This document shows positions 44,240-53,494 of a DNA stretch of 64,000 nucleotides, piece after piece; within the stretch, counting starts at the first letter, position 1, and each line of letters begins with the position of its first letter. The translations under genes were made by a program, and so were the position numbers. The stretch is from Gemmatimonadota bacterium (GTDB lineage Bacteria > Gemmatimonadota > Gemmatimonadetes > Palauibacterales > KS3-K002): assembly GCA_036475815.1 (NCBI GenBank), contig JAZGAL010000175.1, positions 4,403-68,402 of the forward strand. Reading direction: 5' to 3'. Below the pieces are notes generated by a model. It saw only the letters and a program-made list of their open reading frames with translations. It searched no databases and was not told the DNA's origin.

Positions 44240-46038
44240 GTTTCATCAACCCGCCGGCGGAGATGTACAGGAGAGGGCGCGGCCGCCTGGCCCGCTGGTC
44301 GGTGATCCTTGTGATCTTCGTGCTCTCGGTCCAGTTCTTCAGGATCCAGATCCTCAAGCACACGACTTACGCACTGCGCTCCGACGACAATCGCATCCGC
44401 AAGTTGTCGATACCGGCGGCGCGAGGCACGATATACGACCGCAACGGCCTGGTGATAGCCGAGAACGTACCGGGCTACTCCATCGTTGTGCTTCCGTCAT
44501 CGGTCGACTCGCTCCGTGTGGTGCTCGACTCACTGGCGGCGATACTCGGGCACTCCAGCGAGAAGACCGAGCGATTGATGGCTACTTATCGGCAGCATCC
44601 CAATCGGCCGATCATCGTCGAGAGCGATGCGAGGTTTGCTGAGGTCGCCGCTATCGAGGAACGGCGGGCTCACCTGCCGGGTGGGATCGTTATCGAGACT
44701 GCTCCGAAACGCCGCTATCCCGGCGGACCCGATCTCGCGCACGTGGTCGGCTATGTCGGAGAGATCAGCAACGCGGAACTGAAGCTGCCGGAATTTGAGG
44801 GTTACGAGGTTGGTCGCATGATCGGGCAGACAGGTGTCGAGCGCATCTACGACCGGGTTCTGGCGGGCACGCCGGGCGAGCGCTACGTGGAGGTGAACGC
44901 TCTGGGCAGGTTGGTGGGTGAGTTCAGAGGTCGCGAGATGGTCCCGGCGATTCCCGGTCGCGACCTGTACCTGAACATAGACCTGAGGTTGCAAGAGCGT
45001 GCCGTGGAGCTTTTCCCTGACACGATGGCCGGTGCGGTGGTCGCCCTGGATCCGAAGAGCGGGGCTGTGCTCGCCATGTACAGTGCGCCGAGTTTCGACC
45101 CGAACGTCTTCGTGGGAAGGTTCGAGCCGGAGGATTGGCGCGCGCTCAACACGGACCCGGGACGCCCAATGTTCAATCGCGCCATTTCCGCGCTGTACGC
45201 GCCCGGCTCCATCTTCAAGCTGGCCATGGCCGGCATCGCGTTGAGTGAGGGTGAGGCGGACATGGACACCGAGATGCCGATACCGTGCCGGGGCGCCCTC
45301 CGGTACTACACTCGCGTCTTCAAGGACTGGAAACCATCGGGTCACGGTGTGCTCGACCTGGAAGGCGCGATCAGAGAGAGCTGCGACGTCTATTTCTATC
45401 AGCTTGGAATCAAGCTGACGCTCGAGAACATCCTGGCTGACATGCCGAGATTCGGGTTCGGCCGCGCCACCGGGATCGATCTGCCTGCGGAAGCGAGCGG
45501 GATCTTTCCTCCGGATACGGCGTGGTACACCCGGCGTTACGGTCGCAGAGGCTGGACGAACGCGGTCGTGCTGAATCTGGCGATCGGGCAGGGCGAGAAC
45601 GCGCAAAGCCCCCTCAAGATGGCGCAGTTCTATGCTGCGCTCGCCTGGGACGGCAGCCTGCCGACACCGAGGATCAGCCGTGATGGCCCGGTGGCGGAGC
45701 CCGGGGAACGTATTCCGCTTGATATGGATCAACTGGCGGCCTTGAGAGCGGCGTTGGTCGGGGTCGTAAACGAGGAAGGCGGCACCGCGCGCGGCTCGCG
45801 ATTGCGCCGCTGGACTCTCGCGGGCAAGACAGGAACCGCGCAGAACCCGCACGGTGAAGACCACGCATGGTTCGTCGGATTTGCGCCGGCGGAGGATCCG
45901 GAGATCGTCGCGGTTGCGCTGGTCGAATTCGGCGGTCACGGTTCGTCGGTTGCCGCGCCCATCGTGTCCAGACTGATCGAGTACTATCTCGAGAATCGCA
46001 GTGCGGCAGGGCAGGCGGTGGAGGTGGCGGGCGGGTGA
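44236..46038 (+). CDS. mrdA: penicillin-binding protein 2 (elongasome transpeptidase)
   Basis: 600 aa. SxxK (APGSIFK), SxD (ESCD) and KTG (GKTGTAQ) motifs. RGTIYDRNG in the N-terminal pedestal domain. Confidence 0.93.
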   Translation: MSFINPPAEMYRRGRGRLARWSVILVIFVLSVQFFRIQILKHTTYALRSDDNRIRKLSIPAARGTIYDRNGLVIAENVPGYSIVVLPSSVDSLRVVLDSLAAILGHSSEKTERLMATYRQHPNRPIIVESDARFAEVAAIEERRAHLPGGIVIETAPKRRYPGGPDLAHVVGYVGEISNAELKLPEFEGYEVGRMIGQTGVERIYDRVLAGTPGERYVEVNALGRLVGEFRGREMVPAIPGRDLYLNIDLRLQERAVELFPDTMAGAVVALDPKSGAVLAMYSAPSFDPNVFVGRFEPEDWRALNTDPGRPMFNRAISALYAPGSIFKLAMAGIALSEGEADMDTEMPIPCRGALRYYTRVFKDWKPSGHGVLDLEGAIRESCDVYFYQLGIKLTLENILADMPRFGFGRATGIDLPAEASGIFPPDTAWYTRRYGRRGWTNAVVLNLAIGQGENAQSPLKMAQFYAALAWDGSLPTPRISRDGPVAEPGERIPLDMDQLAALRAALVGVVNEEGGTARGSRLRRWTLAGKTGTAQNPHGEDHAWFVGFAPAEDPEIVAVALVEFGGHGSSVAAPIVSRLIEYYLENRSAAGQAVEVAGG

Positions 46039-47261
46039 GGCAAAGAACACCGTATTACATCGGTGACCAGGCCATCCTCGCTCTCGTGCTGGCGCTGGCC
46101 ATCTTCGGTGTGGCCATGATCTTCTCAGCGGGCGAGCTGGACATTCCTTCTTCGGTGACGGGTCTCTGGCGCAAGCAAGCCATTTGGCTCGCCATCTCGC
46201 TCGTCGCGTTCGCCCTCGTATTACGAATCGAGATCCGCTGGCTCGATTGGCTGACCCCAATCATATACGTTCTGGCTATCGTTGGGCTGATCGTCGTGTT
46301 GGTGGTGGGAGGCGGTGAGGGAGCACGCAGTTGGGTCCGCTTCGGGTCGATCGGGTTCCAGCCATCGGAGTTTGCCAAGCTTGCGACGATCATGGCGCTG
46401 GCCAGGCTCGTGGCGGGCCGGGAACGCCCTCCGGACAGCCTGTGGGAACTCTGGCCGTTCGTGGCCGTTGTGTTTCTGCCGCTGGCTCTCATCATGGGGG
46501 AACCCGATCTGGGGACCGCCTCGGTGTTTGTCGCCATACTCATAGCTGCGCTGTATTGGTCAGGTCTCCCTTTCGCCAAGCTCCTTCTCTTCCTCAGCCC
46601 CCTGGTTAGCCTGGCACTGGCGTTCTCCACTTTCTGGTGGGGCGTGTGGGTTCTGTTGATTGTCGGCTTCCTGTACCGCAGTCGCGCTTACCTGACCGAG
46701 TCGCTGGGTGTCGTGCTCGCCAACGTGGCGATGGGGGTTGTTGTGCTGCCCGTCTGGCGCAGCCTGGCCACGTACCAGCAGGTGCGCATCCTGGCGTTCC
46801 TTCAGCCGGAAGCGGACCCACGGGGCGCGGGTTGGCACCTTATCCAGTCGCAGGTGGCCATCGGGTCAGGTGGCTGGCTGGGGAAGGGTTTTGCGCTGGG
46901 GACGCAAAAGCGCCTGGCTTTCCTGCCGGAACAGCACACCGACTTCATCTTCGCTGTCGTGGGTGAGGAGTTCGGCTTCGCAGGCATCCTGCTGGTCTTG
47001 CTCTGCTTCGCCGTCATCCTCTGGAGGATCCTGCTGGTTGCGGAGCGCACAACGGACAACTTCGCTTCGGCGCTAGTGTTTGGGATTTTCGGGATGTGGT
47101 TCGCCCACCTGGTGGCGAATGTCGGTATGACCGTTGGGCTGTTGCCAATAACCGGTTTGCCGCTCCCGTTCCTGAGTTATGGGGGCAGTTTCCTGCTCGT
47201 GTCGTTCCTCGCGCTGGCGGTCGTCGAGCGAGTTGCGGCGGAGCGCAGATTGGAGCCGTGA
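46035..47261 (+). CDS. rodA: SEDS glycosyltransferase RodA
   Basis: Start placed at GTG 46035 (GTGA overlap with mrdA). The 408-aa polytopic protein has GSIGFQPSEFAKL and LPEQHTDFIF motifs. The track ORF from 45867 over-extends into mrdA. Confidence 0.93.
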   Translation: MRQRTPYYIGDQAILALVLALAIFGVAMIFSAGELDIPSSVTGLWRKQAIWLAISLVAFALVLRIEIRWLDWLTPIIYVLAIVGLIVVLVVGGGEGARSWVRFGSIGFQPSEFAKLATIMALARLVAGRERPPDSLWELWPFVAVVFLPLALIMGEPDLGTASVFVAILIAALYWSGLPFAKLLLFLSPLVSLALAFSTFWWGVWVLLIVGFLYRSRAYLTESLGVVLANVAMGVVVLPVWRSLATYQQVRILAFLQPEADPRGAGWHLIQSQVAIGSGGWLGKGFALGTQKRLAFLPEQHTDFIFAVVGEEFGFAGILLVLLCFAVILWRILLVAERTTDNFASALVFGIFGMWFAHLVANVGMTVGLLPITGLPLPFLSYGGSFLLVSFLALAVVERVAAERRLEP

Positions 47262-47449
47262 TCTCCCGCCCGGGGGCGGGATGAGCGGTGATGGGTGGGC
47301 GGCGGGTCAGACGGGCAGAGCGCCGGGTAACGGTACGGACCCAATCTAGCAGGATTGTGGGCATTGCGGTGATAGCTGCAGCGGCTGATCTTTATTTGTT
47401 GAGGGCGCTCGGGCGCCGCACGGCGAATCGTAGCTTCGAGGCGTAGTCC

Positions 47450-48286
47450 ATGGCGTGGTTTCGGAAAGAGAAGACCCGGTTAGTCGGGCAGAAGCGGGAG
47501 TTGCCGCCTGACGTTTGGGCGAAGTGCGATGGTTGCGGCGAGATCGTGTACCGCGAGAAGCTGGCTGATAATCTCTATGTGTGCTTGAATTGCGGATATC
47601 ACTTCCGGATCAAGGCCGGCGACTACGCCGACCTCCTGCTCGACCGGTCGCTGGAAGAGGAATACGATTCGGACCTGCGCTCGGTCGATCCGCTGCAGTT
47701 CGTGGGCCCCACGCCCTACGCGGAGCGCTATGAGCGGGCTTTGGAGAAGGGCGTGGGCAAGGAGGCGGTCCTGACGGGACGAGGGCAAATCGAAGGGTGC
47801 CCCGTGAAGTTCGGCGTGATGGATTTCGACTTCATCGGCGGGTCGATGGGCTCGGTTGTCGGCGAGAAGATTGCGCGGGTGACCGAGCGGGCGCTGGACG
47901 AAGAGCAACCGCTGATCCTGGTATCGGCGTCGGGCGGCGCCCGCATGATGGAGGGCGTGCTCTCGCTGATGCAGATGGCGAAGACCTCCGGCGCCCTGGG
48001 CCGCCTACACAAGTTGCGATTGCCCTACATATCGATATTGACTGACCCGACGACAGGCGGCGTAACAGCGTCGTTCGCCATGCTCGGCGATGTCATCATC
48101 GCGGAGCCGGGGGCGCTGATCGGGTTCGCGGGCCCCCGCGTGATCGAGCAGACCATCGGTCAGAGCCTGCCGGACGGCTTCCAGCGGTCGGAATTCCTGC
48201 TCGAGCACGGTATGGTGGACATGGTCGTGCCGCGCCCCGAGCTGAAGTCCACCGTTGCCAGGCTGCTGCGCCATATGGTCGGCTAG
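47450..48286 (+). CDS. accD: acetyl-CoA carboxylase carboxyltransferase beta subunit
   Basis: 278 aa. N-terminal Cys4 zinc ribbon CDGCGEIVY...CLNCGYH. Carboxyltransferase motif GGSMGSVVGEK and SGGARMMEG. Confidence 0.95.
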   Translation: MAWFRKEKTRLVGQKRELPPDVWAKCDGCGEIVYREKLADNLYVCLNCGYHFRIKAGDYADLLLDRSLEEEYDSDLRSVDPLQFVGPTPYAERYERALEKGVGKEAVLTGRGQIEGCPVKFGVMDFDFIGGSMGSVVGEKIARVTERALDEEQPLILVSASGGARMMEGVLSLMQMAKTSGALGRLHKLRLPYISILTDPTTGGVTASFAMLGDVIIAEPGALIGFAGPRVIEQTIGQSLPDGFQRSEFLLEHGMVDMVVPRPELKSTVARLLRHMVG

Positions 48287-48444
48287 TCGCGCCGGCTATC
48301 GACGACGCGGCTGGCTGCCGCTCTTTGCTCACCGCTCACCGCCTACTGCCCTACCCACAGCGAGACTGTGCCTTATTATTAGGCGCCATGAACACAACGC
48401 TCGGGTTTGACCGGGTGGCTGGGCACGAGCTTCCTGCGGATTGA

Positions 48445-49752
48445 TTGATGGAGACAGCCGATCTGCTGGAGGAGCTCCTCGGGTTGCAGCCCACCGGGGA
48501 GATCCGCTGGGGACTGCGCCGGGTCCGTGGCATGCTCCACGCCGTGGGCCGGCCACACATGGCGTTCCGTTCGGTGCACGTGGGTGGAACGAACGGGAAA
48601 GGCTCTGTGGCGGCGATGATCGCCAGCGTACTGGGTAGAGCCGGGCACAGTGTGGGGCTCTATACGTCCCCCCACCTCATTGAATTCGGCGAGCGGATCC
48701 GGGTTGCGGGCCGGCCAGTGGCCGATGAGTTGCTTGCGGCTGGGGCGCGTCGGCTCCGCCCGATCGCGGAGAAGACGGGCGCCACGTTCTTCGAGGCGAC
48801 GACGGCACTGGCTTTCCTCTGCTTCGCCGAGGCTGACGTCGATTTCGTCGTGGCGGAGGTGGGCCTGGGCGGTCGGCTGGACGCGACCAACGTTCTGCTG
48901 CCCGAGGTGGCAGCGATCACCAACGTCGCGTGGGATCACGCCGACTACCTCGGCCATACGCTCTCGGCCATAGCGAGAGAGAAGGCCGGGATCTGCAAGC
49001 CCGGGATTCCGCTCGTCCTGGGCCGGCTCGAACCGGAGGCAGGGCGGATCGTCCGGGGTGCGGCCGAGCAGGCGGGGGCGCCGCTGCGGCAGATCGGATA
49101 CGATGCCGGCGTGCGGCGCATCCGGATCGGGCGCGAGTGCACCGAGCTCGAGTACGTGGGCCCCGGCCCGTGCGCCGCGATCGAGCTGCGTTGCCCTCTG
49201 CTCGGAGCACACCAGGCTTGGAACGCGGGGCTGGCGGCGCTCACGGTTCAGAGCATGCCGGAGGAGTGGCGGCCCACAGCCGATGAGATTGTGGACGGTA
49301 TCGCTTCCGTGCGATGGCCGGGCCGCCTGCAGATCGAAGAGCGTGAAGGGCGGACCTGGGTGCTCGATGTGGCGCACAATCCAGTCGCGGTAGAGGCGCT
49401 CACCCAGGCGCTGACCAGCCTGGACATCGCCGGCCCGCTGGCGCTGGTCGTCGCGATCATGGGTGATAAGCCCTGGCCGGAGATGTTGCCTCCGCTGCTG
49501 GCGTTTGCCGACTTGTCGATCTTCACGGTGGCGCCCAGCTCGCCGGTCGAGCGACGCTGGGACGCTAACGCGGTGGCGGCGGCGATATCGAGCTACCCGG
49601 TGGAGGTGATCGAGGAATTCGATGCGGCGCTCGAGCGCGCGACCGAATTGGCGCAGACGATCGTTGTGACGGGATCGAACCATACAGTGGGCGATGCGAT
49701 GCGGCGCCTGGACATTCCTGCTGCCTTGATGACGACGAACAGGGTCGGATAG
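48445..49752 (+). CDS. folC: bifunctional folylpolyglutamate synthase / dihydrofolate synthase
   Basis: P-loop VGGTNGKGSV. Mur-ligase motifs EVGLGGRLDATNV and HNP. TTG 48445 or ATG 48448 start. Follows accD as in many bacteria. Confidence 0.9.
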   Translation: MMETADLLEELLGLQPTGEIRWGLRRVRGMLHAVGRPHMAFRSVHVGGTNGKGSVAAMIASVLGRAGHSVGLYTSPHLIEFGERIRVAGRPVADELLAAGARRLRPIAEKTGATFFEATTALAFLCFAEADVDFVVAEVGLGGRLDATNVLLPEVAAITNVAWDHADYLGHTLSAIAREKAGICKPGIPLVLGRLEPEAGRIVRGAAEQAGAPLRQIGYDAGVRRIRIGRECTELEYVGPGPCAAIELRCPLLGAHQAWNAGLAALTVQSMPEEWRPTADEIVDGIASVRWPGRLQIEEREGRTWVLDVAHNPVAVEALTQALTSLDIAGPLALVVAIMGDKPWPEMLPPLLAFADLSIFTVAPSSPVERRWDANAVAAAISSYPVEVIEEFDAALERATELAQTIVVTGSNHTVGDAMRRLDIPAALMTTNRVG

Positions 49753-49759
49753 ATTCGCG

Positions 49760-51064
49760 ATGGTGGAACTGAAAGGATTGCCGGGGTTTAGGGATTTCTA
49801 TCCGGAAGAGCTGGCCGCGCGCTCGTATCTCATGGGCGTATGGCGGGACGTCGCTCGGCGGTACGGATTCGAGGAGTATGACGGCCCACCGCTCGAGTCC
49901 CTCGAGCTGTACACCCGGAAATCGGGCGAAGAGATCGTGCAGCAGCTCTATGCGTTCGAGGACAAGGGAGGCCGTCGCGTCGCTCTGCGCCCCGAGATGA
50001 CGCCGACTCTGGCTCGCATGGCCGGTGCCCGGGCCCGAGCGCTTCGCAGGCCCGTCCGCTGGTTCTCCGTGCCGCAGCTCTTTCGTTACGAGCGCAAACA
50101 GCGCGGCCGTCTCCGGGAACACTTCCAGTTGAACCTGGACATCCTTGGAGAGTCGAACGTGCTGGCGGATGCTGAGCTCCTGGCCGCGGCCATCGACATC
50201 GTTCGCGCCACCGGGCTAGACTCCGGCCAGGTCAGGGCGCGAGTGTCGGACAGACGGGTGCTGGCGGCCGTATTCCGTCATCTTGGTGTGGAAGAAAACA
50301 AGCTCGAGCCTGTGTACGAGGTGGTGGACAAGCTCGAGCGCGAGCCGCGCGAGCGCCTCGAGCGGCGTCTGGAGGAACAGGGTCTGGATTCGCGGACAGC
50401 GGGCGGCGTCATCGACGTTACGCAGCTCCGCGGAATAGACGAGATCGAGGCCGCCTTCGGCGGAGTGACCAGTGTAGCGGAGAGCATCGCCGTGCTGTCC
50501 ATGTATCTCGAGCACCTGGAGGACCTCGGGGTCGCTGATTACGTCGATGTCGATCTTTCTGTGGTTCGCGGATTGGCCTACTACACCGGCATCGTCTTCG
50601 AGTTGTGGGACGCGCGCCGCGAGCTGCGGGCCATCTGCGGGGGAGGCCGCTACGACGACCTGTTGCGGCTTATAGCCGGTGTCGACATGCCGGCGCTGGG
50701 ATTCGGCATGGGCGACGTGGTGCTCACTGAGCTTCTGCGTGACCACGGGCTGCTTCCCACAGCGCCACCTGTGATCGACTGTTTCGTCGCCTGGTTGGGG
50801 TTGGACGGCAGGCGTCAGGCACTGCGCGCGGGGCAGGCGCTGAGATCGGCGGGGCTGTCAACGGTCTACGAGTTTCGCGATCGACGCATCGGGAACCAGC
50901 TGAAGAGCGCGGATCAGCTTGGCGCACGCTGGACGGTGATCTTCGGACCCCAAGAGGTGGAAGCGGGCCAGGCCCGGATACGCGACATGTCGACGGGCGA
51001 TGAGCGCGTTGTGGATTTCGGTCAACTTGTTGGGAACTTGATGAACGATAGCAAGGATGGGTGA
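49760..51064 (+). CDS. hisS: histidine--tRNA ligase
   Basis: 434 aa. GFRDFYPEE, LRPEMTPTLAR, RYERKQRGRLREHFQ and GGGRYDDL motifs are present. Confidence 0.95.
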   Translation: MVELKGLPGFRDFYPEELAARSYLMGVWRDVARRYGFEEYDGPPLESLELYTRKSGEEIVQQLYAFEDKGGRRVALRPEMTPTLARMAGARARALRRPVRWFSVPQLFRYERKQRGRLREHFQLNLDILGESNVLADAELLAAAIDIVRATGLDSGQVRARVSDRRVLAAVFRHLGVEENKLEPVYEVVDKLEREPRERLERRLEEQGLDSRTAGGVIDVTQLRGIDEIEAAFGGVTSVAESIAVLSMYLEHLEDLGVADYVDVDLSVVRGLAYYTGIVFELWDARRELRAICGGGRYDDLLRLIAGVDMPALGFGMGDVVLTELLRDHGLLPTAPPVIDCFVAWLGLDGRRQALRAGQALRSAGLSTVYEFRDRRIGNQLKSADQLGARWTVIFGPQEVEAGQARIRDMSTGDERVVDFGQLVGNLMNDSKDG

Positions 51065-51070
51065 CGAGCT

Positions 51071-51634
51071 ATGAAGCACAGGCACGATACGAGGCGTTGG
51101 AGCGCATGGATCCTAGCCGCTCTCCTGGGCGCTCATGTCGTCGCTTGTGTTGGAAGCGAAACCGGCGGTGAGTCGGCCGGCGGAGCCGCCGGCCAGGCAG
51201 AGAAGTTCTCGAGCCTGGAGGAAGACGGGCCGGGCGGGGCGGTTTACATGGACACGGTATCGCCGCTCCCCTTCCAGGTCTTCGAGCGGGTTATCGAGAG
51301 CGAGAACCCGAGGAAGATCTCGTACAAGCTCATGGTGCTGGAGTCGGCTGAGGACCGGGCGTTGGTCAAGACGCTGCGCGTCGCTCTCGACTCCCTTGTC
51401 AGCGAGGATACCACTCTGGTCGCCGTTCGTACGATCCTCTATCACTATCGGCCCACGCAGCGGACGGCGGGACGGCTCATGGCGAAGGTGTGGGGTGAAT
51501 GGATACCGCCGGAAGGTTGGGAGGCGGCCGCGGCCGGACCGCGGAGCCGGATACACCGTTCATATATCTATCACCTGAACCCGGGTTGGGCTCCAGCTAA
51601 GTCCGATTCCACTCGGGAAGCGACGGCTCGATGA
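51071..51634 (+). CDS. hypothetical lipoprotein
   Basis: 187 aa. Signal peptide with lipobox HVVAC-VGSE. I recognise no family. Confidence 0.55.
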   Translation: MKHRHDTRRWSAWILAALLGAHVVACVGSETGGESAGGAAGQAEKFSSLEEDGPGGAVYMDTVSPLPFQVFERVIESENPRKISYKLMVLESAEDRALVKTLRVALDSLVSEDTTLVAVRTILYHYRPTQRTAGRLMAKVWGEWIPPEGWEAAAAGPRSRIHRSYIYHLNPGWAPAKSDSTREATAR

Positions 51635-51897
51635 AAGAGGGGAGCCTGGAGCGCGGCCTTCACTCTGCATGGGAACAGCTTGGCCCGTTGAGCGTAGGGG
51701 CCGTGATCAGCAGCGTGGTGGTCGTAGGAGCGAGCGCGTTGCTCCGGCGGGCACTCGGCTCGAAGCGGCACTTGCTGGGCTGGGCCGGCGCCGCTGCTCT
51801 CCTGCCCATAGGTCTGTGGCTCTTGTCTGCGGGCGGCGAGGGCGGGGACGCTGAGCAGGCGAGCGATGAGGCGAGCGCGCCAACAGCGGAGGCCTAG
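51631..51897 (+). CDS. hypothetical small membrane protein
   Basis: 88 aa. ATGA overlap with the preceding ORF. Two hydrophobic helices and an acidic tail. Coding status is inferred only from coupling and frame. Confidence 0.45.
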   Translation: MKEGSLERGLHSAWEQLGPLSVGAVISSVVVVGASALLRRALGSKRHLLGWAGAAALLPIGLWLLSAGGEGGDAEQASDEASAPTAEA

Positions 51898-51906
51898 AGA
51901 ACTTCG

Positions 51907-53364
51907 ATGGCGGAAGACAAAGCGCTGACCCCGCGGAGCGAGAATTTCTCCGCCTGGTATAATGAATTGGTGCAGCGGTCCGAGCTTGCCGGACATACCC
52001 CGGTTCGCGGGTGCATGGTGATACGCCCGCACGGTTACGCGATATGGGAGCTCATGCAGTCGGCCCTGGACGGCATGTTCAAGGCGACCGGCCACCAGAA
52101 CGCGTACTTCCCGCTCTTCATCCCCGAGAGCTACCTGAAGAAGGAGGCCGAGCACGTCGAGGGCTTCGCGCCCGAGACGGCTGTAGTGACCATAGGCGGT
52201 GGGAAGGAGCTCGAGGAGCGACTGATCATCCGGCCGACCTCCGAGGCGATCATCTGGCCGATCATGGCCGACTGGATCCAGAGCTATCGCGATCTTCCGT
52301 TGCTCATCAACCAGTGGGCGAACGTTGTTCGCTGGGAGATGAGGACGCGTCCGTTCCTGCGCACGCTGGAGTTCCTCTGGCAGGAAGGGCACACGGCCCA
52401 CGCGACGGCTGAGGAGGCTGAGGCCGAAGCTCTTCTGATACTCGATATCTACCGGAAGTTCATGGAAGAGTGGATGGCGATGCCTCCTGTTGTCGGCGTG
52501 AAGGCGGAGTGGGACAAGTTCGCCGGCGCGTTGCGCACCTACGCCCTGGAAGCGCTGATGCAGGACAACTGGGCGCTCCAGGCGGGGACGACTCACAATC
52601 TTGGCCAGAACTTCGCGAAGGCGTTCGACGTGAAGTACCAGACGGAGGCCGGTGAGCACGAATACATCTGGAGTACGTCGTGGGGCGTGTCGACACGGTT
52701 ATTGGGTGCGCTGGTGATGACGCACAGCGATGATCAGGGCTTGATTCTGCCGCCGAAACTGGCTCCGCTGCAGGCGGTCATCGTGCCCATCTACAAGTCG
52801 GACGGGCAGAAGACCAACGTGCTCGAGGCTTCGGATCGTCTGAAGAGCAAGCTCGAAGGAACGCTCAGGGTCAAGCTCGACGACCGGGATACGGTGAGCC
52901 CTGGTGCCAAGTACTACGAGTGGGAAGGCAAAGGAGTGCCGTTTCGCATCGAGATCGGGCCGAAGGACCTGGAGAAGCAACAGGTGACGGTCGTTCGTCG
53001 GGTCACGATGGATGGCGAGCAACGGAAATTTCCGCTGGCGGAGAACGAAGTGCTGACCAGGCTGCCGGAGCTGCTCGACCAGATGCAGAGCGATCTCTAC
53101 GAGGCCACGCTGCGTCGCCGTGAGGAAAACTCGTACCGCGGTATCAGCGACTACGACGAGTTCAAGCGGATCGTCTCCACGACGGGCGGATTCATCTACA
53201 CGGGGTACTGCGGTAGGGAGGAGTGTGAGACGCGCGTGAAGGATGACACAAAGGCGACGATCCGTCTGATCCCGGACGAGGCCTTTCGCTCTGAGAGTGT
53301 CCCTGCGACATGCATATGTGGTGGGAAGGCTCAGTATGAGGTGGTGTGGGCGCGGGCGTATTAG
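51907..53364 (+). CDS. proS: proline--tRNA ligase, archaeal/eukaryote-like type (no editing-domain insertion; C-terminal zinc-binding domain)
   Basis: 485 aa. N-terminus FSAWYNELVQRSELA. Class II motifs. C-terminal Cys-containing region and terminal WARAY. Confidence 0.95.
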   Translation: MAEDKALTPRSENFSAWYNELVQRSELAGHTPVRGCMVIRPHGYAIWELMQSALDGMFKATGHQNAYFPLFIPESYLKKEAEHVEGFAPETAVVTIGGGKELEERLIIRPTSEAIIWPIMADWIQSYRDLPLLINQWANVVRWEMRTRPFLRTLEFLWQEGHTAHATAEEAEAEALLILDIYRKFMEEWMAMPPVVGVKAEWDKFAGALRTYALEALMQDNWALQAGTTHNLGQNFAKAFDVKYQTEAGEHEYIWSTSWGVSTRLLGALVMTHSDDQGLILPPKLAPLQAVIVPIYKSDGQKTNVLEASDRLKSKLEGTLRVKLDDRDTVSPGAKYYEWEGKGVPFRIEIGPKDLEKQQVTVVRRVTMDGEQRKFPLAENEVLTRLPELLDQMQSDLYEATLRRREENSYRGISDYDEFKRIVSTTGGFIYTGYCGREECETRVKDDTKATIRLIPDEAFRSESVPATCICGGKAQYEVVWARAY

Positions 53365-53368
53365 GGAA

Positions 53369-53440
53369 GTGATTAGTGATTGGTGATTAGTGATTAGTAT
53401 TGCGGAACGCACTAATTACTAATTACTAATTACTAATCAC
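53369..53440 (+). repeat. inverted arrays of heptamer repeats forming a 30-bp RNA hairpin (candidate proS terminator / guaA leader element)
   Basis: The left arm (GTGATTR)x4 is at 53369-53398 and the right arm (TAATYAC)x4 at 53411-53440. I paired all 30 positions by hand: 26 Watson-Crick and 4 G:U. The 12-nt loop contains GCG-GAA-CGC. There is no downstream T-tract. Confidence 0.85.
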
Positions 53441-53494
53441 CGGAACGAGGAAGCAGCAACGAACAGAACGACCGCAGCCCTACCAAGGGACCGA

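Noticed and set aside
44530-46260. 576-aa minus-strand ORF antisense to mrdA; similar shadow ORFs at 37539-38960, 40536-41645, 41854-42804, 48379-49683, 58230-59405 (+) and 62812-63639 (+)
   Set aside because: All lie opposite genes with clear family signatures and have Arg/Pro/His-rich composition. I treated them as non-coding.
47264-47281. Hairpin TCCCGCC-CGGG-GGCGGGA directly after the rodA stop, as an intrinsic terminator
   Set aside because: The stem is only 7 bp and no T-tract follows (tgagcggtg). It might still pause or stabilise the transcript, but the evidence is insufficient to call a terminator.
53369-53494. Purine/guanine riboswitch upstream of guaA
   Set aside because: The region folds as one long simple hairpin made of heptamer repeats. 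I could not find the three-way junction or conserved loop nucleotides of purine riboswitches.
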